NCBI GenBank assembly: GCA_963814585.1
Contig: CAWFDF010000011.1
Coordinates: 64,001-128,000 of the forward strand
DNA: 64,000 nt
Source of the DNA: an uncultured delta proteobacterium
Lineage (GTDB): Bacteria > Myxococcota > Myxococcia > Myxococcales > Anaeromyxobacteraceae
Direction of reading: 5' to 3'
This document shows, piece after piece, positions 21,562-31,729 of this stretch. The notes beneath the pieces are model-generated. The model was not told the origin of the DNA. It ran no database searches and saw only the letters and a program-made list of their open reading frames with translations. Position 1 is the stretch's first letter, and every line of letters starts with the position of its first letter. The translations under genes were made by a program, and so were the position numbers.

Positions 21562-22335
21562 ATGGCCAAGTCCGTCCTCGCCGACCTGCTGCGCTTCATC
21601 GCCGCCAACGAGGACCTGCCTCGCTCGCTGGCCCGCTATCCCGGCCACACCCGCGACACGCTGGGCAAGGTCCTCGACGCCGCCGCCGACCGCATCGAGG
21701 CGCTCGACGCCGACGCCCCGGCGCCGGCCGCCTCCGGCGCGGGGAAGGGGCTCAAGGTCCGCAAGGGCAGCGAGGTGGAGCGGGCCGCGGCCCGGGCCGC
21801 CGAGGAGCTGCAGGAGTCGATGGAGCTCTCCAAGGCCGAGCGGGAGGCGCGCCGCCGCGAGCGGGCCGCCGCCTCGGTCGAGGCCGAGCGGCAGGAGGTG
21901 GCGGCCGCCGAGCAGGCCGCCCCGGCCCGCCCGGCCCGCACCCGGCTCTACTGCGACGGCGCGGCGCGCGGCAACCCCGGCCCGGCCGGCGCCGGCGCGG
22001 TGATCGTCAACCCGGCCGGGCACATCGTGGCCAAGATCGGCAAGTTCCTCGGCGAGGAGACCAACAACGTCGCCGAGTACATGGGGCTGATCCTGGGGCT
22101 GAAGCGGGCCCGGGCCATGGGGATCAAGGAGCTCGAGGTGCTGGCCGATTCCGAGCTGGTGGTGAGGCAGCTGAGCGGCCAGTACGCCGTGAAGGCCGAG
22201 CACCTGCAGCCGCTCCACGCCGAGGCGGTGGCCCTGCTCAAGGGCTTCGACCAGATCGAGGTCCGCCACATCCCGCGCGAGGAGAACGGCCAGGCCGACG
22301 CCATGTCCAACCGGGCCATCGACGAGCGGTTGTAG
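21562..22335 (+). CDS. rnhA: Ribonuclease HI family protein with N-terminal extension
   Basis: YCDGAARGNPGPAG, TNNVAEY, DSELVVRQ, HIPREEN..AD. Confidence 0.9.
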   Translation: MAKSVLADLLRFIAANEDLPRSLARYPGHTRDTLGKVLDAAADRIEALDADAPAPAASGAGKGLKVRKGSEVERAAARAAEELQESMELSKAEREARRRERAAASVEAERQEVAAAEQAAPARPARTRLYCDGAARGNPGPAGAGAVIVNPAGHIVAKIGKFLGEETNNVAEYMGLILGLKRARAMGIKELEVLADSELVVRQLSGQYAVKAEHLQPLHAEAVALLKGFDQIEVRHIPREENGQADAMSNRAIDERL

Positions 22336-22346
22336 GACGGCGCGCC

Positions 22347-22940
22347 TCAGCGTCCCGCCGCCTCCAGCTCGTAGAACCGGAGGCCGGCCCGGCGGGCGGC
22401 CCAGAGCCCCGCCCCGACCTGCACGAAGTGGGGCGCGAGCCGGCGGCGGTACCAGGCCCCGGGGCGGGCGTGGATGGCGGTGTCGGTCCGATCCGGGTCG
22501 ACCACCTCGGCCAGGTCGCGGCGGGTGACGGCCTCGAGGTAGAGCAGGCCGCGGCACATGGCGCCGAGGTTGTCGACGGCGGCCCCCGCCGCCTCGCCGT
22601 CGAGGTACGGCAGCACCCCCTGGCAGACCACCAGGTCGTACCGCTCCCGCGAGCGCCAGCGGCCGATGTCGCGACGCTCGTGGCCGTAGCGGGCGCAGGC
22701 GAACGGAGAGACGTCGGTGGAGCGGTAGCGGACGGCGGGGCGGTGGCGCCGGAACCAGTCGCGCCAGAGCCCCGGGCCGGCGCCGACGTCGAGCACCGAG
22801 GCGAGCTCCACGCCCAGCCACCCGGCCAGCCCCACCACGCCGCTCGCCAGGCGTCCGACCTCCGCCGCGGAGTGGACCCGGGTCCCGGCCTGGTAGTGGC
22901 GCTGGTAGTAGTCGGCGTCGAAGCGGCGCGAGGCGGTCAT
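22347..22940 (-). CDS. Class I SAM-dependent methyltransferase
   Basis: VLDVGAGPG motif I, YDLVVCQGVLPY. Confidence 0.85.
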   Translation of the reverse strand: MTASRRFDADYYQRHYQAGTRVHSAAEVGRLASGVVGLAGWLGVELASVLDVGAGPGLWRDWFRRHRPAVRYRSTDVSPFACARYGHERRDIGRWRSRERYDLVVCQGVLPYLDGEAAGAAVDNLGAMCRGLLYLEAVTRRDLAEVVDPDRTDTAIHARPGAWYRRRLAPHFVQVGAGLWAARRAGLRFYELEAAGR

Positions 22941-22998
22941 GGGGCGGGGAGGAGACCACGCCGCGGCGTGCTCCGCAACGCCGCAGGGTCCATGGCCG

Positions 22999-23655
22999 TC
23001 AGCGGATGGCGCCGATGGTCCCGGCCACGGCGATGTAGTGGCAGATGGCGGCGGCGATCACCAGCACGTGGAAGACCTCGTGGTACCCGAAGACGCGCGG
23101 GCTGGGGTCGGGGAAGCGGGTGGCGTAGACCACCGCGCCCAGCGTGTAGGCGAGGCCGCCGGCGCCGAGCAGCCCGACCCCGCTCCAGCCGATGGCGGCC
23201 AGCATGGACGGGAAGGTCGGGACGATGGCCCAGCCCAGGGCCACGGTGAGCAGCGCCATGAGCCACTTGGGGGCCAGCGGCCAGAGCACGGAGAGGACCA
23301 TCCCCGCCAGCGCCCCGCTCCAGACCACCAGCAGCAGCGGGCGCCCGGTCTCCGGCGGCAGCAGCAGGCAGAACGGCGTGTAGGTGCCGGCGATGAGCAT
23401 GAAGATGGCGGCGTGGTCGAGCCGGCGCATGAGGAGCCGGGCGCGATCGCCCCAGCGCGGCCGGTGGTAGAGCGCCGAGATGGAGAACTGGGCGGTGAGC
23501 GCGACCCCGTAGACGGCGGCGGCGAGGGCGCTGCGCAGGCCGGTCGAGGCGTTGACGAGGGCGATCCCCCCGGCGACGGCGAAGGCGGCGGCGATCTCGT
23601 GCGACACGCCGCGGAGCAGCGGCTTCTGGCGGGGCGGGGAGGCGACCGTGGACAT
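22999..23655 (-). CDS. Hemolysin III / PAQR family membrane protein
   Basis: KPLLRGVSH, SALYH, RRLDHAAIF.LIAGTYTP, GYHEVFH; about 7 TM segments. Confidence 0.92.
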   Translation of the reverse strand: MSTVASPPRQKPLLRGVSHEIAAAFAVAGGIALVNASTGLRSALAAAVYGVALTAQFSISALYHRPRWGDRARLLMRRLDHAAIFMLIAGTYTPFCLLLPPETGRPLLLVVWSGALAGMVLSVLWPLAPKWLMALLTVALGWAIVPTFPSMLAAIGWSGVGLLGAGGLAYTLGAVVYATRFPDPSPRVFGYHEVFHVLVIAAAICHYIAVAGTIGAIR

Positions 23656-23776
23656 GCCCCCATGCTCGCCCGGCTGCGTCATGGCGCGGTCACGGCGAGC
23701 GCGACCGCCCCGGCCCGGGTGGGGTGCCGCTCCGCGCACGCCGGGATCGATCGTCGCAGGGGGACGGGGCGCGGCA

Positions 23777-24346
23777 CTACAGCGCCGACTCGTGCTTCGA
23801 GGCGGTCTTGACCAGCTCGGCCCGATCTTCGGCCCGTTCGGCGGCCTGCTCGGCCTTCAGCTTCTTCATGCGGCGGCGGATGAGCTCCCGCTTCAGCGAG
23901 GAGAGGTGGTCGACGAAGACCTTGCCCTGCAGGTGATCGCACTCGTGCTGCACGGCGATCGACAGGAGCTCGGCGCACTCCAGCTCGAACGGCCGGCCGT
24001 CACGCCCCAGCGCCCGGACCCAGACCTTGTCGGCCCGCTCCACGTCCTCGGCCTCGCCGGGGATGGAGAGGCAGCCCTCGGTGTAGACGCGCGTGCCCTC
24101 GGCCTTGACGATCTCCGGGTTGACCAGGTGGAGCAGCTTCTGCCCCTCCTGCCGCGGCGAGACGTCGATGACGATGACCCGCTGCAGGACACCCACCTGC
24201 GGCGCGGCCAGGCCGACGCCGTCGGCGGCGTACATGGTCTCGGCCATGTCGTCGAGGAGGCGGCGGATGGAGTCGTCGACCCGCTCGACCGGCTGGGCGA
24301 TCTGCTTGAGGACGGGGTCGGGCCAGATGACGATGTCGCGGACCAT
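23777..24346 (-). CDS. def: Peptide deformylase
   Basis: GVGLAAPQVG, EGCLS, QHECDHL. Confidence 0.97.
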   Translation of the reverse strand: MVRDIVIWPDPVLKQIAQPVERVDDSIRRLLDDMAETMYAADGVGLAAPQVGVLQRVIVIDVSPRQEGQKLLHLVNPEIVKAEGTRVYTEGCLSIPGEAEDVERADKVWVRALGRDGRPFELECAELLSIAVQHECDHLQGKVFVDHLSSLKRELIRRRMKKLKAEQAAERAEDRAELVKTASKHESAL

Positions 24347-24441
24347 GCGGAATCCCTCGGTCAGGGCGACCGGTGTTCTAACCCGGGCCGACCCCCGACG
24401 CACGAGATCCCGCCCAGGCGGATCCCGCCCGGCGGCGACGG

Positions 24442-26799
24442 TCAGTCGGAGAGGCCGCGCTGGTACTCCTCGCGCAGCAGCGGGTCGGCCAGGACCTCCC
24501 GGGCGTCGGCCACCACCCGGCGGATCTCCTCCAGCCGCGCCGGCAGCCCCTCCTCCTGGTGGCCGCCGAACCGCTCCGGCTGGAACTCGGCGGTGAGCCG
24601 CCCGGCGGCGGCCCGGACCTCGTGCGGCGTGGCCAGCCGGCCGAGGCCGAGGATGGTGAAGTAGTCGGCGCGCCGGACCTGCTCCAGCTTCTCCCTGACG
24701 CGGGCCAGGTCGATGCCGGCCGAGACCTGCGCGGCCGGCCGGCCGGCCTGCACCACCTTGACGCCGAGGGCGCCGACCAGCACCAGCGCCGAGAGCAGCT
24801 GCCGGGTCGAGAGGGCGTCGAGCGGGCTGGCGGCCAGCACCTCGTCGAGCGTGCGCAGGCCGTCGGCGCGGGCCAGGGCGCGCCGCTCCTCCGGCAGGAG
24901 CCCCAGCTCCTCGTCGGTGGGGCCGCCCTGGACCGGCGTCACCAGCGTCCCCGGGCCGCCGAGGATGGCCTCGGTGCGGGGCGCCAGCCAGCGGCGTCGG
25001 ACGCCCTCGACCGCCAGCGCCAGCGGCGGACGATCGAGCGCGATCCGCTCGTCGGCCGGGACCGGATCGGCGACCCATCGGTAGCGGGCGTTGGCTTCGG
25101 CGAACATGCCGTAGACCACCTCCTCGGTCCGGGCCCGCACCAGGCCGGTCAGCTCGCCGGGCTTCAGGTAGCCGCGGTCGACCAGCAGGACCGCGGCCCG
25201 CCGGGAGGCCAGGCCGGCGACGGCCCCGGCCGCCTGCCGGTGCTGGTCCCGGGTGAGCAGCCCGAGCCGCAGCGCCACCTCGTCGAGCCGCTCGCCGGCG
25301 GCGTTGCTGGTGGCGCCGACCACGCGGCCGTCCTCGAACCAGAGCGAGCGGGCGGCGTCGCCCGCCACGTCGAGCCGGCCGGCGGCGCGGGCCTTCCAGG
25401 CCACCGCCAGCAGGCGCGCCATGGGGAGATCGTCGAGGTGCCCGCCACGCAGCTCGGCGGGCGGGGGCTCGAGGGCGGCGCGGCCCCAGGTCGGCTCGGC
25501 GGCCGGCTCCGCCGCCGGAGGCGTCGCCTCGGTCGGGGCGCGGCGGGAGAGGGCGCGCCGGCGTGCCGACGCCTGCGCCGGATCGACCGGGGGGACGTCG
25601 GCGAAGAAGGGCGCCGGTGCCCCGGCGGCGGCCGGTGCCGGCGGCTCGCGCTCGTCGTCGGCACGCGCCAGGGCCGCCTCGGCGGCGGCGCGGCGGGCCG
25701 CCTCGGCCTCGGCGCGGGTCCGCAACTCCTCGAGCACGGTGCTGGCGCGAGCTTCGGCCTCGGCGGCGGCCCGGCTGGCGGCGGCCTGGAGCTCGGCCTG
25801 CCGGGTCGCCTCGGCGTGGCCGGCCTGCCGCTCCAGCGCGGCCTGCTCGTGGGCGGTGGCCCGCTCGATGACGGTGTGCAGCTCCTCGTCGTGCCGGCGC
25901 CGGTCGGCCTCGAGCTGCTCGCGGAGTCGCTGCAGGTCCTCCTCCAGCGTCCGGCGCGCAGCCATCTCCTCGGCGTGGATGCGCTCCCAGTCGGGCGTGG
26001 GCACCAGCGGGGCGGCCGGGGGCGGGTCGAGGGGCTGCGGAACGGGCTGCGGTGGAGGCGACGCAGGCGGTGGCCCGGGCGGTGGCGCGGCCGGGGGCTC
26101 CAGGTCGAGGTCGAGGTCGGGCACCACGGGGAGGTCGAACAGCAATCCGGCCCCCTGCGTCTCGACGGCAGGCGCTCCGGCGGGCGGCGGCGGAGTCCCA
26201 CCCGCGCCGCCGGGCGGCTCCAGCTCGAAGAGGGCGTCGAGCCCCGCGGCGGCCTCGGCCGGGGCGGGCGGTGACGGGCTCGCGCCGCCGGCGCTGTCCG
26301 GCGCCCGCGATCCGCCGCGCAGCTCGCGGGCCCGGGCCAGGAGCGCATCGGCGGCCGCCTTCCGGGCCCGGGCCGGATCGCTCGGGCCGCTCCGCCGCTC
26401 CATGGAGCCGGGGAGCGCCGGGGACGAGACCCGCCGCTCGAAGTGGCGCGGGGCCGGGGGGCCGGAGAGCGTGCTCTTGACGTGCTCGGCCAGGCTGGCC
26501 GGATCGAACGGGCGCGGCAGCTGCACCGCCCGCTCCGGCGCGCCGGGGGCCTCGCCGAGGATGATGATGGGGATGCCTCGCGTCGCCTCGTCGTCGTCGA
26601 GCAGCCGCAGCGAGGCGAGCGCCTGGCCGCCCTCGCAGGTGGCGCCGACCAGGAGCAGGTCGGGGCGCGCCTGGCCGATGGAGGCGAGCGCATCAGACCC
26701 GTTGGTGGCGAGCAACGGCGCGTGGCCCGAGCGCGAAAGCACCCGCTTGACCGCGGAGATCTCGGAGATGTCGTCGTCGACGAGGAGGAGGCGTGCCAC
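24442..26799 (-). CDS. Pseudo-receiver / Pro-rich and coiled-coil linker / DUF4388-like / degenerate J-domain protein
   Basis: GTG start, ARLLLVDDD receiver fold; LRGGHLDDLPMARLL...LWFEDGRVVGATSN DUF4388-like; C-terminal DYFTILGL...EVRAA...EFQPERF...LREEY. Confidence 0.8.
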   Translation of the reverse strand: MARLLLVDDDISEISAVKRVLSRSGHAPLLATNGSDALASIGQARPDLLLVGATCEGGQALASLRLLDDDEATRGIPIIILGEAPGAPERAVQLPRPFDPASLAEHVKSTLSGPPAPRHFERRVSSPALPGSMERRSGPSDPARARKAAADALLARARELRGGSRAPDSAGGASPSPPAPAEAAAGLDALFELEPPGGAGGTPPPPAGAPAVETQGAGLLFDLPVVPDLDLDLEPPAAPPPGPPPASPPPQPVPQPLDPPPAAPLVPTPDWERIHAEEMAARRTLEEDLQRLREQLEADRRRHDEELHTVIERATAHEQAALERQAGHAEATRQAELQAAASRAAAEAEARASTVLEELRTRAEAEAARRAAAEAALARADDEREPPAPAAAGAPAPFFADVPPVDPAQASARRRALSRRAPTEATPPAAEPAAEPTWGRAALEPPPAELRGGHLDDLPMARLLAVAWKARAAGRLDVAGDAARSLWFEDGRVVGATSNAAGERLDEVALRLGLLTRDQHRQAAGAVAGLASRRAAVLLVDRGYLKPGELTGLVRARTEEVVYGMFAEANARYRWVADPVPADERIALDRPPLALAVEGVRRRWLAPRTEAILGGPGTLVTPVQGGPTDEELGLLPEERRALARADGLRTLDEVLAASPLDALSTRQLLSALVLVGALGVKVVQAGRPAAQVSAGIDLARVREKLEQVRRADYFTILGLGRLATPHEVRAAAGRLTAEFQPERFGGHQEEGLPARLEEIRRVVADAREVLADPLLREEYQRGLSD

Positions 26800-26900
26800 G
26801 CTCGGTGGATGATGGATCGGCCCCGATGGGGGGGCAAGCTCACGCACCGGCGGTTCGCCGAGGCGGCCCGCGGCAGGCGCGCCGCCGATATCGGCACGCG

Positions 26901-29107
26901 CTACATCATGGAGTAGGGATCCATGTCGAACCGGATGCTGGCGCCGCCCGGCGGCCGGTGGGCCACCTGGGCCAGGGCCCGGTGGATCCTCATGAGCGGG
27001 GGGTTGCTGGCGGCGCGGAAGAGCAGGTGCCAGCGGCTCTTCCCGCGGATCCGCTCGATGGCGGCCGGCGCCGGCCCAATCAGCGCGGTCCCCGGCCCCA
27101 GTGCCGGGCGGGCGGCCTCGGCCAGCGCCTCGGCCGTCCGGCGGGCGCCCTGCTCCGACCCCTCGACGCGGACCGCCATGAGCCGGGCGAAAGGCGGGTA
27201 GGCGAGCGCCCGGCGGTGCGCCAGCTCCTCCTCGGCGAAGCCGAGGTAGTCGTGCTGCACCGAGCGGGCCACGGCCGGGGTGGTGGGGTTGTAGGTCTGG
27301 ATCAGCACGCGGCCGGCGTCGGCGCCGCGCCCGGCCCGGCCGGCCACCTGCGCCAGCAGCTGGAAGGTCCGCTCGGCGGCGCGGAAGTCGGGCAGCGCCA
27401 GCGAGGTGTCGGCCAGGACCACGCCGACCAGCGTGACGCCCGGGGAAGTCGTGGCCCTTCGAGACCATCTGGGTCCCGACCAGGACGTCGAGCTCGCGCC
27501 GCGCGAAGCGGGCCAGCACCGCGGCGGTGTCGCCCGCGCCGGTCACGGCGTCGCGATCGAGCCGGCCGACCCGCGCCGCGGGCAGGAGCCGCCGGCACGC
27601 CTCCTCGACCTGCTCGGTGCCGAAGCCGAGCCCGAAGCGGGACCCGCCGCAGGGACAGCGCGCCGCCATCGGCTCGCTCCGGCCGCAGTAGTGGCACAGC
27701 AGCACGCCGCGACGGGCGTGATGGGTGAGCGAGACCGAGCAGTCGGGGCACCGGGCCTCCGCCCCGCAGGCCTCGCACAGCACCAACGTCTGGTAGCCGC
27801 GCCGGTTGAGGAAGAGGATGGCCTGCTGCCCGGCGGCCAGCGTCCCGGCCAGCGCCTCCTGAAGCTCGGCCGAGAGCAGCGCGGGCGGCTCGCCGCGGCG
27901 AGCCCGCGGGCGGCCGGCCAGGTCGATCAGCTCGACCGCCGGCATGGGGCGGTCGTCGACGCGGACCGGCAAGGAGAGGAGCCGGTAGCGGCCGCGCCGG
28001 GCGTTCTCCAGCGACTCCAGCGAGGGGGTGGCCGATGCCGAGCAGCACCACCGCGTCCTCGAGCCGGCCGCGCACCACCGCGAGATCGCGGGCGTGGTAG
28101 GGCGGCCCGTCCTCCTGCTTGAAGCTCGGCTCGTGCTCCTCGTCCACCACGATCACGGCCAGGTCCTCCACCGGCGCGAAGATGGCGCTGCGCACCCCCA
28201 CGCAGATGCGCGCCTCGCCGCGGCGCAGCCGCAGCCACTCGGCGTGGCGCTCGGCGTCGGAGAGGCCGGAGTGGAGCAGCGCCACCTGGTCGCCGAAGCG
28301 GGCGCGGAAGCGGCCGGAGAGCTGGGGCGTGAGCGCGATCTCGGGGACCAGCACCAGCGCCCCATGGCCGGCGGCCCGGGCCTCGGCGATGGCCCGCAGG
28401 TAGACCTCGGTCTTGCCCGAGCCGGTGACGCCGTGGAGCAGGAAGGTGGCGAAGGCGCCGAAGGCGCCGGTCACCTCGGCAAGCGCCGCGGCCTGGTCGC
28501 CGGTCAGCGTCACCACCCGGTCCTGGGCCGGCAGGATGCCGCGCTCCACCACCGGCGTCTCGGCGTCGATCACGGCGAGGCCGCGCTTCACCAGCTGGGT
28601 CAGCGCGCCCCGACCGGCCGGGAACGCGGCCCTCAGCTCCTCCACCGTGATCCGGCCGCGGGCCAGCAGGTACTCGAGCACGGCGCGCTGGGCCCGGGCC
28701 CGTCCCAGTGACGCCAGGGCGTCAGCGGCCCCGGGGACGGGAGCGGCGTACTCGACCCGCCGCCGGTCCGGGCCGGCGGCGCCGCCGCGGGTGTTCAGGC
28801 CCGGGGGCAGCGCGGCCCGGAGCAGCTCGCCAGGCGGGACCAGGTAGTAGGACTCGGCCCAGCGGAGCAGCTCCACCAGCCGCGGCGTGAACGGGGGGAA
28901 GGCGTCGAGCACCGCCGCGACGTCGCGCAGCTCGAACCCCGGCGGCGGCGCCGCCGGGAACCCGACCACGTAGCCGGTGGCTCGCGGGCTGCGGCCGAAC
29001 GGGACCGCCACCCGCTGGCCGAGCGACACCTCCCCGGCCAGCGCCGCCGGCACCCGGTAGGTGAAGGTGCCGCGCACGGCGGCGGCGACGGCGACCTCGA
29101 CGAGCAC
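26901..29107 (-). CDS. priA: Primosomal protein N' (PriA), broken by two +1 frameshifts
   Basis: HGVTGSGKTEVY, VPEIALT, DEEH, [G]SATPS, LNRRGY, zinc knuckles, GTQMVSKGHDFP, PDFRAAERTFQ, QVAGRAGR spread over three frames; shifts at ~28036 and ~27442. Confidence 0.93.
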
Positions 29108-29172
29108 CGGCGGACTCTACCAGCCGCGTCTCACGGGGGGCGGGCCACGGCGGCCACGGGGCCGACCGGGGA

Positions 29173-29919
29173 TCAGAAGAGGGCGTCGGCCAGCCGCGGA
29201 TTGGCGGTGGTCTTCTCGGTGTTGAACCGGACCAGCAGCTCCGGCCCCTGCCAGACCTCGATGGAGCGAGGGATCCGGTCGGCGCCGACCGCCGAGGCCC
29301 AGTCGAGCAGGCGCAGGTCGTAGGTCACGCCGCGCTCGACCACCAGCAGCCGCAGCGGCATCCAGGTCTCCTTGTCGATGAGCGCGAGCGGAGGTCCCTT
29401 CGGGTCGACGAGCCTCCCTCCCAGCACCCAGGCCAGCCTCCCGTTGAACCGCCCCAGCGAGACCTCGTCGAGCCTGACGCCGCGCCTCACCAGGCCGTCG
29501 CCCAGCGCCTGGCCCTCGGCGGCCGGGGACCAGGCCAGCAGCGTGGCCAGCCCGCGGACCAGGGCCGCCACCGCCGGCTGCTGCTCCAGCCCGACCCGGC
29601 CGGCCAGCCGCTCGTCCCTCACCATGGCGGCGGGGCGCTCGCCGGCGGCCACGTCGGCCAGCACCAGCTCCAGCCGCGCCCGGCCCGGTGTCTTCAGGAG
29701 CAGCCGCGCCGTGGTGGTGGGCGGCACGCCTCCCGGCAGCGCCGCGCCGCGCAGCTCGAGCGCGCCGATCGCCTCCACGGCGTTCAGCTCCAGCGCCGCA
29801 CGGGCTTCCGCCGCCTTGCGCAGGATGGCGGTGGCGGGCAGCAGGTAGGCCGCCGCCGGGACCGCCGCGAGGAGCCCGGCCGCGACGGCGACGGCGACCG
29901 TGGCCCGGCGGTGGGTCAC
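29173..29919 (-). CDS. Exported hypothetical protein, possible LolA-like fold
   Basis: GTG start overlapping the galU stop; signal peptide; beta-rich with LIDKETWMPLRL motif. Confidence 0.6.
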   Translation of the reverse strand: MTHRRATVAVAVAAGLLAAVPAAAYLLPATAILRKAAEARAALELNAVEAIGALELRGAALPGGVPPTTTARLLLKTPGRARLELVLADVAAGERPAAMVRDERLAGRVGLEQQPAVAALVRGLATLLAWSPAAEGQALGDGLVRRGVRLDEVSLGRFNGRLAWVLGGRLVDPKGPPLALIDKETWMPLRLLVVERGVTYDLRLLDWASAVGADRIPRSIEVWQGPELLVRFNTEKTTANPRLADALF

Positions 29920-30779
29920 AGCAGGTCCCCGAGGTACTGGCGCAGCGGGCCGGCCAGCTCGGGCCGCTTCAGGGCGAAGGCGATGTTGGCCTTCAGGTAG
30001 CCGAGCCGATCGCCGGCGTCGTAGCGCTGCCCCTCGAACCGGTAGCCGAGGAGCCCCTCCTCCTTCGCCAGCATCGCCAGCGCGTCGGTCAGCTGGATCT
30101 CGCCGCCCACGCCCGGCTTCACCTGCTCGAGCAGCTCGAAGATGCGGGGCGGCAGCACGTAGCGGCCGATGACGGCGAGGTTGGAGGGCGGGTTCGCCTT
30201 GGGCTTCTCGACCAGCCGGTCGATCCGCGTGGTGCGGGCGTCGAGCGCGGTGCCGGCGGCGATGCCGTACATCGAGGTCTCCTCGGGGGGCACCTCCATG
30301 AGCGCGATGGTCCCGAGGCCGTGCCGCTCCCAGCAGTCGGCCAGTTGCCGCGTGGCCGGCACCGCGGCGTCGATGATGTCGTCGCCCAGCATGACCACGA
30401 ACGGCTCGTCGCCCACCAGCGCCTTGGCGCAGAGCACGGCGTGGCCGAGTCCGAGCGGTTCCTGCTGCCGCACCGTCACCACCCGCGCCATCTGGGCGAT
30501 GCGCCGCATCTCCTGGCGCAGCGCGGTCTTGCCGGTCCGCTCCAGGTTGGCCTCCAGCTCGGCGGCGATGTCGAAGTGATCGACGATCGAGTCCTTGCCG
30601 CGGGCGCAGATGAGGATCACGTCGCGGACGCCGGCCGCCACGGCCTCCTCGACGATGTACTGGATGGTGGGCGTGTCGACGATGGGGAGCAGCTCCTTGG
30701 GCACCGCCTTGGTGGCGGGGAGGAAGCGGGTCCCCAGGCCGGCGGCGGGGATGACCGCCTTGCGGATGGGCTTCGACAT
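29916..30779 (-). CDS. galU: UTP--glucose-1-phosphate uridylyltransferase
   Basis: KAVIPAAGLGTRFLPATKAVPKELLPI, PLGLGHAV, VEKP, GEIQLTDA. Confidence 0.97.
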   Translation of the reverse strand: MSKPIRKAVIPAAGLGTRFLPATKAVPKELLPIVDTPTIQYIVEEAVAAGVRDVILICARGKDSIVDHFDIAAELEANLERTGKTALRQEMRRIAQMARVVTVRQQEPLGLGHAVLCAKALVGDEPFVVMLGDDIIDAAVPATRQLADCWERHGLGTIALMEVPPEETSMYGIAAGTALDARTTRIDRLVEKPKANPPSNLAVIGRYVLPPRIFELLEQVKPGVGGEIQLTDALAMLAKEEGLLGYRFEGQRYDAGDRLGYLKANIAFALKRPELAGPLRQYLGDLL

Positions 30780-30831
30780 GGCGGCAGTCTAGCATCCTTG
30801 CGCCCGGCCCCTCCCGGGCTATCCTCGCCGC

Positions 30832-31710
30832 GTGCCCAGCCGCCTGCTCCGCTCCGCCCTTGCCGCCGCCACGCTGGCGCTGCTCGTCGCGGCGCCCCCC
30901 GCGCTCGCCGGCGAGCCGCCTCCGCCGGGCGGGCTCTTCGACCTGGTGGGGGCCCGGGCCCTGGGGAGCAGCGCCGCCACCGCCGGCATCAACGGCAGCG
31001 AGGCGATCTTCGTCAATCCCGGCGCCATCGGGGTCCGCACCGGCTACGTGGCCGAGACCCTCGGCGTGAACGAGCGGCGCGGCTCGCAGACCACCGCGCG
31101 CTACCTCGGCGTGGTGGTGGTGGACGCGGTGAGCGCGCCGGTGGCCACAGCCTTCGCCTTCCTCTCCTCGATGGAAGGCGACGCCAAGGGCAAGATCTAC
31201 TGCCTCGCGTTCAGCGGACCGCTCACCCAGAACTTCCACGTCGGCGTCCAGGGGCGCTACCTGAAGCTCGGGGGTCCCGAGCCCATCGACGCCATCACCG
31301 CCGACGCCGGCATCAGCTGGGACGTGTCGAGCTACGTCACCCTGGGCGTGGCGGGCTTCAACCTGATCCCCACCAACCACGACCTGACGCTCCCCCAGGG
31401 CATGGGGGCGGGGCTGGCGATCGGCTCCGATACCTTCATCCGGGTGCTGGGAGACTGGCGCGGCACCTTCCTGCCCGGCGGCGAGACCGCCAACCGCTAC
31501 GCCGCCGGCGTGGTGGGGCTGGTGGGGGGGATGGTGGCGCTGCGCGCCGGCTGGACCAGCGACGAGCTGCTGGGCACCTCGTGGTGGTCGGGCGGAGTCG
31601 GGGTCATCTCCCCCGACGGCTTCGCGCTCGACTTCGGCTACAAGCAGTCGATCGACGCCTCCTCGGCGCGCGAGATGGCGCTGTCGTTCCGGTACTTCCC
31701 GCCGCAGTAG
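30832..31710 (+). CDS. Outer-membrane beta-barrel protein (FadL/PorV-like N-terminal motif)
   Basis: Signal peptide, GARALG...A...NPGAI, amphipathic strands, C-terminal LSFRYF. Confidence 0.65.
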   Translation: MPSRLLRSALAAATLALLVAAPPALAGEPPPPGGLFDLVGARALGSSAATAGINGSEAIFVNPGAIGVRTGYVAETLGVNERRGSQTTARYLGVVVVDAVSAPVATAFAFLSSMEGDAKGKIYCLAFSGPLTQNFHVGVQGRYLKLGGPEPIDAITADAGISWDVSSYVTLGVAGFNLIPTNHDLTLPQGMGAGLAIGSDTFIRVLGDWRGTFLPGGETANRYAAGVVGLVGGMVALRAGWTSDELLGTSWWSGGVGVISPDGFALDFGYKQSIDASSAREMALSFRYFPPQ

Positions 31711-31729
31711 GCCGGAGGCCGCGGCCGGG

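Noticed and set aside
22336..22346. RNase P RNA expected after the Zn-ribbon/RNase H pair
   Set aside because: No room and no GAGGAAAGTCC...AGCAA signature; the GAGGAAAGT at ~20663 is not followed by rnpB structure.
24442..27972. Apparent 1176-aa PriA-response regulator fusion
   Set aside because: Created by the priA frameshift at ~27442; PriA's C-terminus ends at 26901 in another frame and the regulator has its own GTG at 26799.
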